The notes beneath the pieces are model-generated. The model was not told the DNA's origin and did no database searches. It was given only the letters and a program-made list of their open reading frames with translations. Positions 8,732-17,793 of a stretch of DNA of 64,000 nt are shown in pieces. The stretch's first letter is position 1; every line of letters starts with the position of its first letter. The position numbers were made by a program, and so were the translations under genes. Source of the DNA: Escherichia phage Phi1. The DNA lies in sequence record EF437941. One strand, 5' to 3'.

Positions 8732-9139
8732 TTAGCGACCAGATTCCAACATACGCAATTCTATAGCATTCTTGATCGCAAAGCCACGAGATTTAACGAT
8801 ATCAAGTGCGCGACCAGCAAAATCCATTACCATCTGGTAATATGCAATTTTTGTATCAAGCGGTAAGATCTCGTCGTCTGCTGCCATGACAACTTTCAAT
8901 TCTGATTTCTCATATTCAGCACGACACCAGTCATCACTACGGTTAGTGTAAAAGTCAAGACGATTTTTCATAGCCTTTTTCTTTTTAGCCTCAAGTGCAA
9001 TCGTCTCTCTTTTCGCCTCGCTGTAAATCCTTAACCACTTTGAGTATACTACCGGATTATTCAGCGCCTCCCATTGCAACTTAGTCGCATCGATCTTCAT
9101 GTCAGCTTCTAATTGTTCTTTCAAATCGTTTAGGTCCAT
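8732..9139 (-). CDS. uvsY: UvsY recombination mediator protein
   Basis: MDLNDLKEQLEADMKIDATKLQWEALNNPVVYSKWL...KSRGFAIKN matches T4 UvsY MRLEDLQEELKKDVFIDSTKLQYEAANNVMLYSKWL...KSRGFAIKH. Confidence 0.85.
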   Translation of the reverse strand: MDLNDLKEQLEADMKIDATKLQWEALNNPVVYSKWLRIYSEAKRETIALEAKKKKAMKNRLDFYTNRSDDWCRAEYEKSELKVVMAADDEILPLDTKIAYYQMVMDFAGRALDIVKSRGFAIKNAIELRMLESGR

Positions 9140-9186
9140 AATATCCCCTTATTCACACTAAGACCTATATCATATCACACACAAAA

Positions 9187-9573
9187 TCACTTTGCAAGTC
9201 TTATGCGTAGTTGTTCAAGATCATCTGGGTTATCTATTACTGAAAAGTAGATTGATACTATGATTGAGTTATCGTCGTACTGCGGAGTTACTTCTACTGT
9301 CAGGTTTCGGACCCGTGGTTCATAGTTTCGGATCGCCTCATTGATGTTTTTTGATAAGGTATCCACTGTCAGTGGGTTCATGTTCTCAAACAGTGATTTA
9401 TTGAGATCGCATCCAAACAGTGGATCAAATGGACGAGACCCCTTGCGAGTAGTCACGATCAGTAGAATAGAATCTTTAACCGCTTTAATACCTATGTTCT
9501 TTTTAACGTCGTTATTCCACGATCTGGATATATTGAGATCCAAATCAGTATACATCTGATTAATAGTTGCCAT
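9187..9573 (-). CDS. 25: baseplate wedge subunit gp25
   Basis: TTRKGSRPFDPLFGCDL...FENMNPLT...RNYEPR...FSVIDNPDD matches T4 gp25 TTRKGSRPFDPEFGCDL...FSVIDNPDD; start taken at the ATG giving MATINQMY. Confidence 0.85.
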   Translation of the reverse strand: MATINQMYTDLDLNISRSWNNDVKKNIGIKAVKDSILLIVTTRKGSRPFDPLFGCDLNKSLFENMNPLTVDTLSKNINEAIRNYEPRVRNLTVEVTPQYDDNSIIVSIYFSVIDNPDDLEQLRIRLAK

Positions 9574-9581
9574 GTTATACC

Positions 9582-10211
9582 TCAAAGAATTTTAAGGAAA
9601 CTGGATAGACCTGATAATGAATATACACCAGATTCCCCGCATTCGCACTTGATCGGTACTGCCAGCGTGATTTGATTTCTTGTTAGCTCGTCGATCACTT
9701 CTTCCACTTTATCCGTGGTAAGCATATCCAGCACGCGGTCAAAGTCCTGTGCGTTCAGGTCGTCTATATTGAATTGTTGATCGCCGATCACGATATATTC
9801 GATACATGCAATTACCATCTGCATAATATCAACATCTTCTGTAAACTTAGGTTGACGAAACTTGATTTTTACTTGTCCTAAGTCCAGAATATACGGTTCA
9901 ACTTCTGGTATCTGTGTGCGTGAAACATCAAGAGAATATACTTTCTCTTTATTGCATACACCACACACCCAAGTAGCATCAATTTTCATCTTATTGAGGC
10001 TGTGACACCATAAGAGAAGAAAAAGATATTCTGCTTCGCATTTCTCTAGCTCTAATGCATTGATCCCCGTACATTCATGTATGATCTCTATAACAACCTC
10101 TGACAGCTTGCCAGTCTCTTTTGCTGCTACCAGTTTTTGAAATTCGCCGAAGGTGAAAGCACGGGCGTGTATCAACTTTTCGCCTAATTGGATCTTGAAA
10201 AAGTATTGCAT
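9582..10211 (-). CDS. 26: baseplate hub subunit gp26
   Basis: 209-aa ORF between gp25 and gp51, matching T4 gp26 in size (208 aa) and position. Confidence 0.75.
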   Translation of the reverse strand: MQYFFKIQLGEKLIHARAFTFGEFQKLVAAKETGKLSEVVIEIIHECTGINALELEKCEAEYLFLLLWCHSLNKMKIDATWVCGVCNKEKVYSLDVSRTQIPEVEPYILDLGQVKIKFRQPKFTEDVDIMQMVIACIEYIVIGDQQFNIDDLNAQDFDRVLDMLTTDKVEEVIDELTRNQITLAVPIKCECGESGVYSLSGLSSFLKIL

Positions 10212-10253
10212 AATAAAACACCCTTTATAAACACATAGAATTATTTAGTATTT

Positions 10254-10261
10254 TATAAATA
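10254..10261 (+). promoter_or_regulatory. T4-type late promoter (TATAAATA) for gene 51
   Basis: Exact TATAAATA 20 nt upstream of the gp51 ATG. Confidence 0.45.
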
Positions 10262-10281
10262 CCCGAAAGGGGGATTATACC

Positions 10282-11052
10282 ATGAATATTATCCGAATAA
10301 AACTACCGGAAGGTGTGCAGAGATTTAAACCATTCACGGTAAAAGATTATAGAGATTTCCTTCTGGTGTCAACCGAAATTAAGATGAATCCAGAAGAAGA
10401 ACAAACGATTCTTGATGAGCTATTAGAAGAAATATATCCAGACGTAGATCCGGCATTTCGTGAATATATTTTCCTGAATGTCTTTACTAGTTCAATTGGT
10501 AAAACTAAAATACCTCTTTGTTTTACTTGCCCGACTTGCAACAAAGAAAGAAAAATGTTGCTTAACTTACAGGTTGAAGCACTAAAACCAATCGTTCTAG
10601 AGGCCGCAGGGCTTAAAATAACTTTCCGGTATGTTAAACCATCAACCGACTATGCAAAAACGTTTCTGGATGCGATAGAGCGTGTATCTGATGGTATTAA
10701 TGATTATCTATGGACTGAATTGCCGGAAGAAGTTAGAGAACAGGTTATCGATTCAATCTCATTTGCTGAATTTGAAGAAGTTGTTAAGCAGATGCACACA
10801 ATCAAGATCGAACAAAAGATATCTTGTTGTGAAAGTCATGACCTGAAATACATAGGTCTTCTTCCATTATTCAAATTGTTGTTGAATCCAGATGAGTTAT
10901 TCATCTTTTATCGAATAAACCATCTATTGGCAAAATCAAATTATTCTATCAGTGATCTTATGGATATGTTACCGGTCGAGAGAAACATTGCACTGACACT
11001 GGTCGAGAAAGACGTAAAAGAGGCAAATAATGCAAAGAACGGGGTTTCCTAA
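10282..11052 (+). CDS. 51: baseplate hub assembly protein gp51
   Basis: 256-aa ORF divergent from gp26 and followed by gp27, as in T4; contains C-x2-C...C-x2-C motif. Confidence 0.7.
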   Translation: MNIIRIKLPEGVQRFKPFTVKDYRDFLLVSTEIKMNPEEEQTILDELLEEIYPDVDPAFREYIFLNVFTSSIGKTKIPLCFTCPTCNKERKMLLNLQVEALKPIVLEAAGLKITFRYVKPSTDYAKTFLDAIERVSDGINDYLWTELPEEVREQVIDSISFAEFEEVVKQMHTIKIEQKISCCESHDLKYIGLLPLFKLLLNPDELFIFYRINHLLAKSNYSISDLMDMLPVERNIALTLVEKDVKEANNAKNGVS

Positions 11053-12139
11053 TGTCTCAATAAAACTTTATCAGGATTATGAGGCATTTCTAAATCATCG
11101 CTTTATAGAATTGGGTGCTACCTTTGTTACAATGACTCTGCGTGATTCGATTCGTGGGGTGAACGAAGGATTGTTGCAATTCTATGATAATAAGGCGATG
11201 CATACAAAATTAAACGGGAGAGAGATCATTCAGATTTCGCTATCCACTGCTAATACAGATGAAGTGTTTAACCGAATCTATGGTATCTCTCATAGTAATG
11301 TAACAATTGACCAAAAATCCGACAACATTTTAACATTCCAGTTAAAGAGCTATCACGAAACACTAAACCTTAAATTTTCTCGCTCATTGACAAATAACGC
11401 TGTTAATAACGTAACTAGCATGATTGATGCCATCTATAAGGAAGTTCCTTTATGGAAACCTACTATAAAGGGTGATAACGTTGTTATTCCTCGTTGTCCG
11501 TGGGTTAGTACCATAAATGACTATATGGATTTTGTGAGGGCATACGGGCAAAGCGTAGAAACAGAGTCTTTCGTGTATTGCTGGGAAGATTTTGATGGTA
11601 TAACGATCGCTGGACACGATACAATATTAAAAAATGAGCCAATACCAGCTATAATCTGTGAGCCTAGACTCATGGGGCAATTTATTGATATGTCGCCTAA
11701 TCTGATGGTTTTTAATTTCGAGTGGCAGACTAAGAGCAATGCTAAAGTTAAAAATTCATTTAGCAATGTGACATACACAACTATTGATTTTGTTACTAAG
11801 CAGTATAATAAAATTATTGTTGGTAATGGTGATAATATTGCACACTTTGCTCATGGTGGCGCTTATGGCGATTTAACTTATAAGAATGCGTTTTTGGAAG
11901 GATCTAAACTTGCCACAATAGAACAATATGATTCATATGCTACCGCCGTGTGTCACGGTAATTTTTCGTTGCGCCCCGGTATGGTTATTCGATTCTTTGA
12001 TGAGAAGCAACAAGCACGCAATGATTTTATTGTTGACGAAGTGGTGCATGAAATTAGCCGAGAGCAATCATTAACTCACCTGTATATGATCGGTAACAGC
12101 GAAGAATTACAGGAAGTCAAATTTGAAGGTAAGATATAA
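11030..12139 (+). CDS. 27: baseplate hub subunit gp27
   Basis: MQRTGFPNVSIKLYQDYEAF...RFIELGATFVTMTLRDS matches T4 gp27 [23 protein letters not shown]...RFVELAATITTLTMRDS; C-terminal VDEVVHEISREQSLTHLYM also matches. Confidence 0.9.
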   Translation: MQRTGFPNVSIKLYQDYEAFLNHRFIELGATFVTMTLRDSIRGVNEGLLQFYDNKAMHTKLNGREIIQISLSTANTDEVFNRIYGISHSNVTIDQKSDNILTFQLKSYHETLNLKFSRSLTNNAVNNVTSMIDAIYKEVPLWKPTIKGDNVVIPRCPWVSTINDYMDFVRAYGQSVETESFVYCWEDFDGITIAGHDTILKNEPIPAIICEPRLMGQFIDMSPNLMVFNFEWQTKSNAKVKNSFSNVTYTTIDFVTKQYNKIIVGNGDNIAHFAHGGAYGDLTYKNAFLEGSKLATIEQYDSYATAVCHGNFSLRPGMVIRFFDEKQQARNDFIVDEVVHEISREQSLTHLYMIGNSEELQEVKFEGKI

Positions 12140-12657
12140 TGACAGAAACTAAACCTATGTTAAAATTTGTTGTTCCTGTAAAAAAATTAGAGATAAACGG
12201 GAAACATATCAAGATCCCAAAAATGGGGATTAAGCAACATCGATTATTAAAAGATGTTCGTAGCTGTGATGAAACATTAAAGATTCTTCTTGATTCAATC
12301 TGTCCTGGGTTAAACGCTGCCGAGTCTGAATTGGTTATGCTTAACCTTTGTGCGTTTAATGGTAAGTGTCTGGAAGAAAAAGATGGTCTTAAGCTGTCTG
12401 ATGTGTATATTTGTACAGAGACTGAATTTACTTTAAATGGTAAAGTCTTTAAATTTAAAAATCCAATGTACACTTCTGACCCCATTATCGATGACGCTGA
12501 TTTCTTGAGTCATCATTATCACGATCCTAGTGTAGACTTCCATGATTTCCCAGCTTTTATTATGGATTGGGCTACAGGATTAAGAAAAACTATTGCGCTG
12601 GATACACCGGAAGGTACTATCTATGGTGGAATTAACATATTGGATCGCCTATCATGA
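12139..12657 (+). CDS. 28: baseplate hub distal subunit gp28
   Basis: 172-aa ORF overlapping the gp27 stop (ATGA), matching T4 gp28 (177 aa) by position. Confidence 0.75.
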   Translation: MTETKPMLKFVVPVKKLEINGKHIKIPKMGIKQHRLLKDVRSCDETLKILLDSICPGLNAAESELVMLNLCAFNGKCLEEKDGLKLSDVYICTETEFTLNGKVFKFKNPMYTSDPIIDDADFLSHHYHDPSVDFHDFPAFIMDWATGLRKTIALDTPEGTIYGGINILDRLS

Positions 12658-14387
12658 ATGACGCATTAACATCATTTCGCGGGATGCGCAAGGAAGCGGA
12701 AGAAAACCCGATTGATAAACTTAACAAATTAGATAAACTTGATTCTATTGATAATTTGCAAGCCGCTACCGAATTGGTGGCGGAGACAGTAGAACAAAAA
12801 TCTAATGAAGTTGTTGGTGCGGTCGAGGATAACACCGCAGCCAATGAATTGACGGCAGAAAATACACAATCTACCGCTGGCAATACCAAAAAAACTTATG
12901 AAGAATTGCAAAAACTCAATAATTTCTCTTCTCAGATGAATGAGAAATTACGTGGTTTTGGTGTTATGATGGAACGTAGATTTGGTGTTGTCAGTAAAAT
13001 GGCTAGCGGTATTGGTGCGATTGAAGAAGCACTGAAAAAACCGGAACAACCGCAAACAATGCCATCACCTCAGCCAGTTTTGCCTACTGTACCGGAACAG
13101 CCTAATAATGACAACTATCAAGGTCTTCCAAAGAAAAAACCGGATGTTGATGACCGAAAGAAAAAGAACGCCGCAGATAAGCGTAATGCCGATTCTATGG
13201 AAAATCTTCTTAAAGTTGTTCGTGGAGGATTTAAAGAAACCATAGGTATCTCTAATAAGGTCTTAGGGATGTTATTTAAGATCACCTTGACCGCTATGGC
13301 AGAAGCCGCAAAATGGGGTGCTATTTTGATGGGTATTGTTTTTGTCATTGATACCCTGATGGTTCATTTCAGATATTGGAGTGATTTATTCGAAACAAAA
13401 TTCAATGAATTTATGGATAAGGCCGGAGGATGGGCTGGTCCTATTAGCGATATTTTAACTACTGTTCGTCAGGTTCGAGATTATTGGTCTAAAGGAGAAT
13501 ATAAAGAATTAATTAAATCGCTGGTTATGGGTATTGGTGATGCATTCTATAAAACCTTTATCCAACTTGATCGAATTATCACTACTGGTATTGCTAAAAT
13601 TCTTCGTATGATCCCTGGTATGGGTGATTATGCCGATAAGTTAGAATACGGTGCTTTAAAGTCTGCTGTCGCTCAAGGCTATACGCCAAATGAAAGAGAA
13701 CTCGAATTAATGGATAAGGTCGAGTCTGAACATGAAGAAGACAAATATGGAGAGCGTACTGGTTGGACCGGAAAAGCCCGTGACATTGGCGAAGCTATTG
13801 GGGATTCTATTAAGGATAAAGTTAACGAAGGTCTTGTTAGTCTGGGCTGGAGAGATCAAAAGGATGTTGACGCAGAGAAACGACAAGAAGAATTAAAACG
13901 CGGGGAATATAAGTCTGTTTCTGCTGAACAACGATCTGCTAGTCGTAAACTTAGAATTAAAAGCGAGGGCGCGATCAATAATATTAATGAAGTTATGGAG
14001 AATTTGAGCGGTGACTATGACAAAGAAAGAATGGGAGAGTTGAAAAAGGATATTGATGTTTACCGTGAGCAAGTTCAAGATCCTACATTAGTTGAAAGTG
14101 ATCGTTCTCAGTTAGAGCGTCTTATTGAAAAATTTGATGAGATGTATGCTGATAAAACTAATGGTGTGGTTCCAACTAATCCTGTTCCTGCAACTGAAAC
14201 GGAAACAGCAAAACAAGCGGAACGTACTGAACAAATGCAGAAACAAGCTGCAATCCAGCAACAAACGACAAATCAGACCTCAAACGTAAATAATACACAA
14301 ATTGTAACAAACAATAGAACTGTTAAACAGGGTGCACCAACAACTAGAATTGATGCCCCCGGTACAATTAATATGGGGAACTTTTAA
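12654..14387 (+). CDS. 29: baseplate hub subunit / tail length determinator gp29
   Basis: 577-aa ORF following gp28, consistent with T4 gp29 (590 aa) in size and position; low-complexity and coiled-coil-rich. Confidence 0.75.
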   Translation: MNDALTSFRGMRKEAEENPIDKLNKLDKLDSIDNLQAATELVAETVEQKSNEVVGAVEDNTAANELTAENTQSTAGNTKKTYEELQKLNNFSSQMNEKLRGFGVMMERRFGVVSKMASGIGAIEEALKKPEQPQTMPSPQPVLPTVPEQPNNDNYQGLPKKKPDVDDRKKKNAADKRNADSMENLLKVVRGGFKETIGISNKVLGMLFKITLTAMAEAAKWGAILMGIVFVIDTLMVHFRYWSDLFETKFNEFMDKAGGWAGPISDILTTVRQVRDYWSKGEYKELIKSLVMGIGDAFYKTFIQLDRIITTGIAKILRMIPGMGDYADKLEYGALKSAVAQGYTPNERELELMDKVESEHEEDKYGERTGWTGKARDIGEAIGDSIKDKVNEGLVSLGWRDQKDVDAEKRQEELKRGEYKSVSAEQRSASRKLRIKSEGAINNINEVMENLSGDYDKERMGELKKDIDVYREQVQDPTLVESDRSQLERLIEKFDEMYADKTNGVVPTNPVPATETETAKQAERTEQMQKQAAIQQQTTNQTSNVNNTQIVTNNRTVKQGAPTTRIDAPGTINMGNF

Positions 14388-15445
14388 TGAAAATTAGTGT
14401 TATCAATGATGCCGTTGATAGCTTTAAAGCGGGGGTTAAAACCTCCGCTGGTTTTACCTCAAAAAATAAAGGGAAAACATTAACCGCTCAATTCCCCGCT
14501 GAACGTGCTAGCGGTAATGATGCTAGCGGTTATTATATCAACGACTTATATAATAATGGTCTGTTATTCACTGCATACGATTATACATCTCGTACTACTG
14601 GATCGTTGCGTGATTTCAGGAAAAAGAAAAATGTTGCTAGCGGTTTTGGCGGTAGCGTTAATATCGCTGGTTTTGATTTAAATTTGGGAGGGAGAAATGC
14701 TGCATTTGATCGAGAGGCAATTGCTAATATTCTTCTTCCTCGTAGTCAATCTGACGTTGACGCTGCTAGCCATAAGTTTAATGATGTTGGTGAATCTGTC
14801 ATTTCTCGCGGCGGTGGTACTTTAGGCGGTGCTCTTTCTAATATGGCATCTACTGCCGTTTTTGGTGGTATCGAAAGTATTACTGGTGGATACCTTGCCG
14901 ATCACGGTGAACAGATTTATAATACTGCGCGAAGCATGTATGCGGGTGCTGACGCACGAACTAAAAACTACGTATGGCATTTAACCCCACGTAGTATTGA
15001 AGACCTTCGCAATATTCTGATCATATACGAAACGTTTTTAGAATTGTCTTATGGATCTAGTGGTATTTCCAGCACCGCAAAAGAATTAAAAGCGGAAGTT
15101 GATGCGTGGTATAAAAATACACTATTGAGAAAATCCACCCCAGAGGAAGCGAAGAGAAATGATACTCTGTTTGAAGGGATCACCGATTTTCTATCAAACG
15201 CAATTACTGTATCTAACCCGACAATATGGATGATCTCTAACTTCGGTAAGCGTACATCGTTTGAAGGGCGTAGCGATGCATTTGGCCCCGCTCAGATCTC
15301 AAGTGTACGTCTGGACAAGTCGCCTGATGGTAAGTTTAATGGCCTTGCTATTTCTCCTAACTTGCCTAGTACATTTGTTCTTGAAGTATCATTTAGAGAG
15401 ATCTTGACACTTTCCCGTGGTACTATATTTGGGAGTGCGGTATAA
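14387..15445 (+). CDS. 48: baseplate tail tube cap gp48
   Basis: 352-aa ORF in the conserved 29-48-54 order, translationally coupled (ATGA overlaps). Confidence 0.75.
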   Translation: MKISVINDAVDSFKAGVKTSAGFTSKNKGKTLTAQFPAERASGNDASGYYINDLYNNGLLFTAYDYTSRTTGSLRDFRKKKNVASGFGGSVNIAGFDLNLGGRNAAFDREAIANILLPRSQSDVDAASHKFNDVGESVISRGGGTLGGALSNMASTAVFGGIESITGGYLADHGEQIYNTARSMYAGADARTKNYVWHLTPRSIEDLRNILIIYETFLELSYGSSGISSTAKELKAEVDAWYKNTLLRKSTPEEAKRNDTLFEGITDFLSNAITVSNPTIWMISNFGKRTSFEGRSDAFGPAQISSVRLDKSPDGKFNGLAISPNLPSTFVLEVSFREILTLSRGTIFGSAV

Positions 15446-16377
15446 TGTTTGATTTAAATGATTTTAACGAACAAGCCGCTAACCTTGACTTTCAGCGATC
15501 CAACTTATTCAGCGTGGCATTTGCCACCACTCCAAGTAATAAGACACAAGCGATCCTAGAAAGTATGGGCGGGGCGGTATATGATATTATACCAAATGCA
15601 TTAAATGACTATTTCGGGATTACTCGTGGTGATTATACTGACGCATTAACAAATCTTGCTGTACAGGGTGTTAGGCGTGCTGTTGATTCATCCGGTGTCA
15701 AAAAGTATCTTTTAGGTGCAATGTCATCCCGCGTAGTTCAATCTCTTCTGGGGCAATTTGATGTTGGTACATATGCGCTTGACTGGTTCAATATGGCATA
15801 TAAGACAAGCGGTCTTCTGGTGTATGCTGTTAAGGTTCCAGAAAACAGATTGAATTATGAAATGGACCGTAACCACAATGCGCCAAACATTCGAATTACC
15901 GGACGTGATTTTGATCCGCTTGTGTTGAGCTTTAGAATGGACTCTAGCGCATCAAACTATAGAGCAATGCAAGATTGGGTTAACTCAGTAGAAGACCCCG
16001 TCACAGGGCTTCGTGCGCTTCCTGTTGACGTTGAAGCGGATATTCAGGTCAACTTACATAACCGAATGGGAGTCCCTCACACGATCATGATGTTTAATGG
16101 TTGTGTTCCTGTTGGTGTGAGTGCACCGGAATTAACCTATGAAAACAACAACGAAATTACAACATTCGATGTTGTTTTTGCGTATAGGACTATGCAAACT
16201 GGTGCTGTAGGAGAGCAAGCCGCGCGAGAATGGATTGAGGATAAGGCAATAAACGCAATAACAAACACTTTCGGCAATAATTTACTTGATAGTGGGTTAT
16301 CTGCTGCTGGTAATGCTTTATCGCGTCTAAATGGCGTTGGTGGGCGTGTGGTGAATACTGTCACCAACTGGTTCTAA
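15445..16377 (+). CDS. 54: baseplate tail tube initiator gp54
   Basis: 310-aa ORF following gp48; T4 gp54 is 320 aa. Confidence 0.75.
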   Translation: MFDLNDFNEQAANLDFQRSNLFSVAFATTPSNKTQAILESMGGAVYDIIPNALNDYFGITRGDYTDALTNLAVQGVRRAVDSSGVKKYLLGAMSSRVVQSLLGQFDVGTYALDWFNMAYKTSGLLVYAVKVPENRLNYEMDRNHNAPNIRITGRDFDPLVLSFRMDSSASNYRAMQDWVNSVEDPVTGLRALPVDVEADIQVNLHNRMGVPHTIMMFNGCVPVGVSAPELTYENNNEITTFDVVFAYRTMQTGAVGEQAAREWIEDKAINAITNTFGNNLLDSGLSAAGNALSRLNGVGGRVVNTVTNWF

Positions 16378-16386
16378 TAAGCGAAA

Positions 16387-16410
16387 GGCGGGGATAATCC
16401 CCGCCTTTTT
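16387..16410 (+). terminator. Rho-independent terminator after gene 54
   Basis: Stem GGCGGGGA / TCCCCGCC with loop taa, followed by TTTTT. Confidence 0.65.
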
Positions 16411-16894
16411 ATTTTGCTAAATCATTGCAATATTTTAGTGCCTTAGTTTGAAATTCTGCGCTGTTAAGTTCTTCATAACGGTCATAATCACCGTTTAATG
16501 CTGCCTTTCTTGCTTCTTGCTCTATCTGCATGTCAGACATGATAATACAGCGATCCCGCGCTTTCATCTTCTCAAGTTGTATAGACTCTTCTTTCTGCTT
16601 GCGCAATTCTTCTTGACGCTTCTTTTCTTCTTGTGCTTTCTCTTCCCGCGCTTCTTTGATTGCATCCTTGAACATCTGCGTTTGTGGTGCTAAACCAACT
16701 TTAACGCGATCCACGTCTCGACGTTCCATTTTAGAAATAAAGCATGATTCGATCTGATCATCACTTGCATATGCTGCTTTACATTCACGAAGCAAGAAAA
16801 CCGGATCTGATTTAGCATTCATCATAGCTTCCATGTTGGCACAACCAGTAAGCATGAATGCAGCCGCAAGACCAATCAGTTTAATCATTTTCAT
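16409..16894 (-). CDS. putative lipoprotein (signal peptide plus lipobox LTGC), coiled-coil-rich
   Basis: N-terminus MKMIKLIGLAAAFMLTGCANM is a typical lipoprotein signal; start overlaps the stop of the upstream ART-like gene (ATGA). Confidence 0.65.
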   Translation of the reverse strand: MKMIKLIGLAAAFMLTGCANMEAMMNAKSDPVFLLRECKAAYASDDQIESCFISKMERRDVDRVKVGLAPQTQMFKDAIKEAREEKAQEEKKRQEELRKQKEESIQLEKMKARDRCIIMSDMQIEQEARKAALNGDYDRYEELNSAEFQTKALKYCNDLAK

Positions 16895-17715
16895 TTAGTC
16901 ACCTCACCGAAAATTGTAAATTGTCTACGATTCTCATCGCCGAAAGATTCTACTACGTCGTTTACCTTGACGCAAGTCCCGCGCGGTAAAATTACTTCAC
17001 ATTCGCAAGGGTTCCATGCAATTGACCCAACAACAAAACCTTTATGATCTTTTACGTCAATTACCCATGATACATTACAAGAATGTTGCATCTTTCCGGT
17101 CATGGATTCATATCGATTCTCACAATAAAGGCTAGTGCTATTTGAAAGCCAGCCTCCAAAGATGATCGGTGTCATGCTGGTCGATACAAAGTTTTTAAAG
17201 GTAAACTCCTTATCTTCAATAATACGCTCTATTGTCTGAATGTCAAGATGTTGACCGCGATAAAGAGTACCGTTTAACTTTTCGGTTTTATCCATGACAC
17301 AATCCATCAAATCAACAATCTCTGATATCTCATCGGTCATGTCTTCTTCCCCTAAGAGAGCACCATTTACCCATTCGTATTGTTCAGACACATAATCACA
17401 GATTGCATTATATTCTGCTGGGGTTATGTTGTTATGTTTGTAATGTTTGAATACATTATCTCCAAAGTCTTCGGAGTGTACTTCATACATCACATTAATG
17501 ATTTTCTTGACAAATCCATAATCTTGTGTCTCACGCTCAAGGAAGCGGATAACCTTCACATAATCATCAAAGTTAATCTGATCGCTGATCATCTCAGTGA
17601 TCATGTAACCATTAATCCCCTCAATGTCATATGTTTCGATGTAATTATCCATACGTTCCATCATTGATTCGCGTGATTCTTCTGAAAGACGAAAATCCTG
17701 TAATTTCTTGAACAT
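16891..17715 (-). CDS. Alt-like ADP-ribosyltransferase paralog (ART domain)
   Basis: Carries the Alt C-terminal motifs: LYRGQ, FTFKNFVSTSMTPIIFGGW (compare Alt AFYFKNYVSTSLAPNIFGGW) and ECEVILPRG; 274 aa. Confidence 0.65.
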   Translation of the reverse strand: MFKKLQDFRLSEESRESMMERMDNYIETYDIEGINGYMITEMISDQINFDDYVKVIRFLERETQDYGFVKKIINVMYEVHSEDFGDNVFKHYKHNNITPAEYNAICDYVSEQYEWVNGALLGEEDMTDEISEIVDLMDCVMDKTEKLNGTLYRGQHLDIQTIERIIEDKEFTFKNFVSTSMTPIIFGGWLSNSTSLYCENRYESMTGKMQHSCNVSWVIDVKDHKGFVVGSIAWNPCECEVILPRGTCVKVNDVVESFGDENRRQFTIFGEVTK

Positions 17716-17737
17716 TTTAAACCTCCCATATAACAGA

Positions 17738-17769
17738 AAACGGGGCTAGTATAAAACTAGTCCCCGTTT
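17738..17769 (-). terminator. Rho-independent terminator after alt (minus strand)
   Basis: 12-13 bp stem AACGGGGCTAGT / ACTAGTCCCCGTT with loop ataaa; U-tract on the minus strand. Confidence 0.55.
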
Positions 17770-17793
17770 GAGTCAACCATTATTTCTTAAAAA

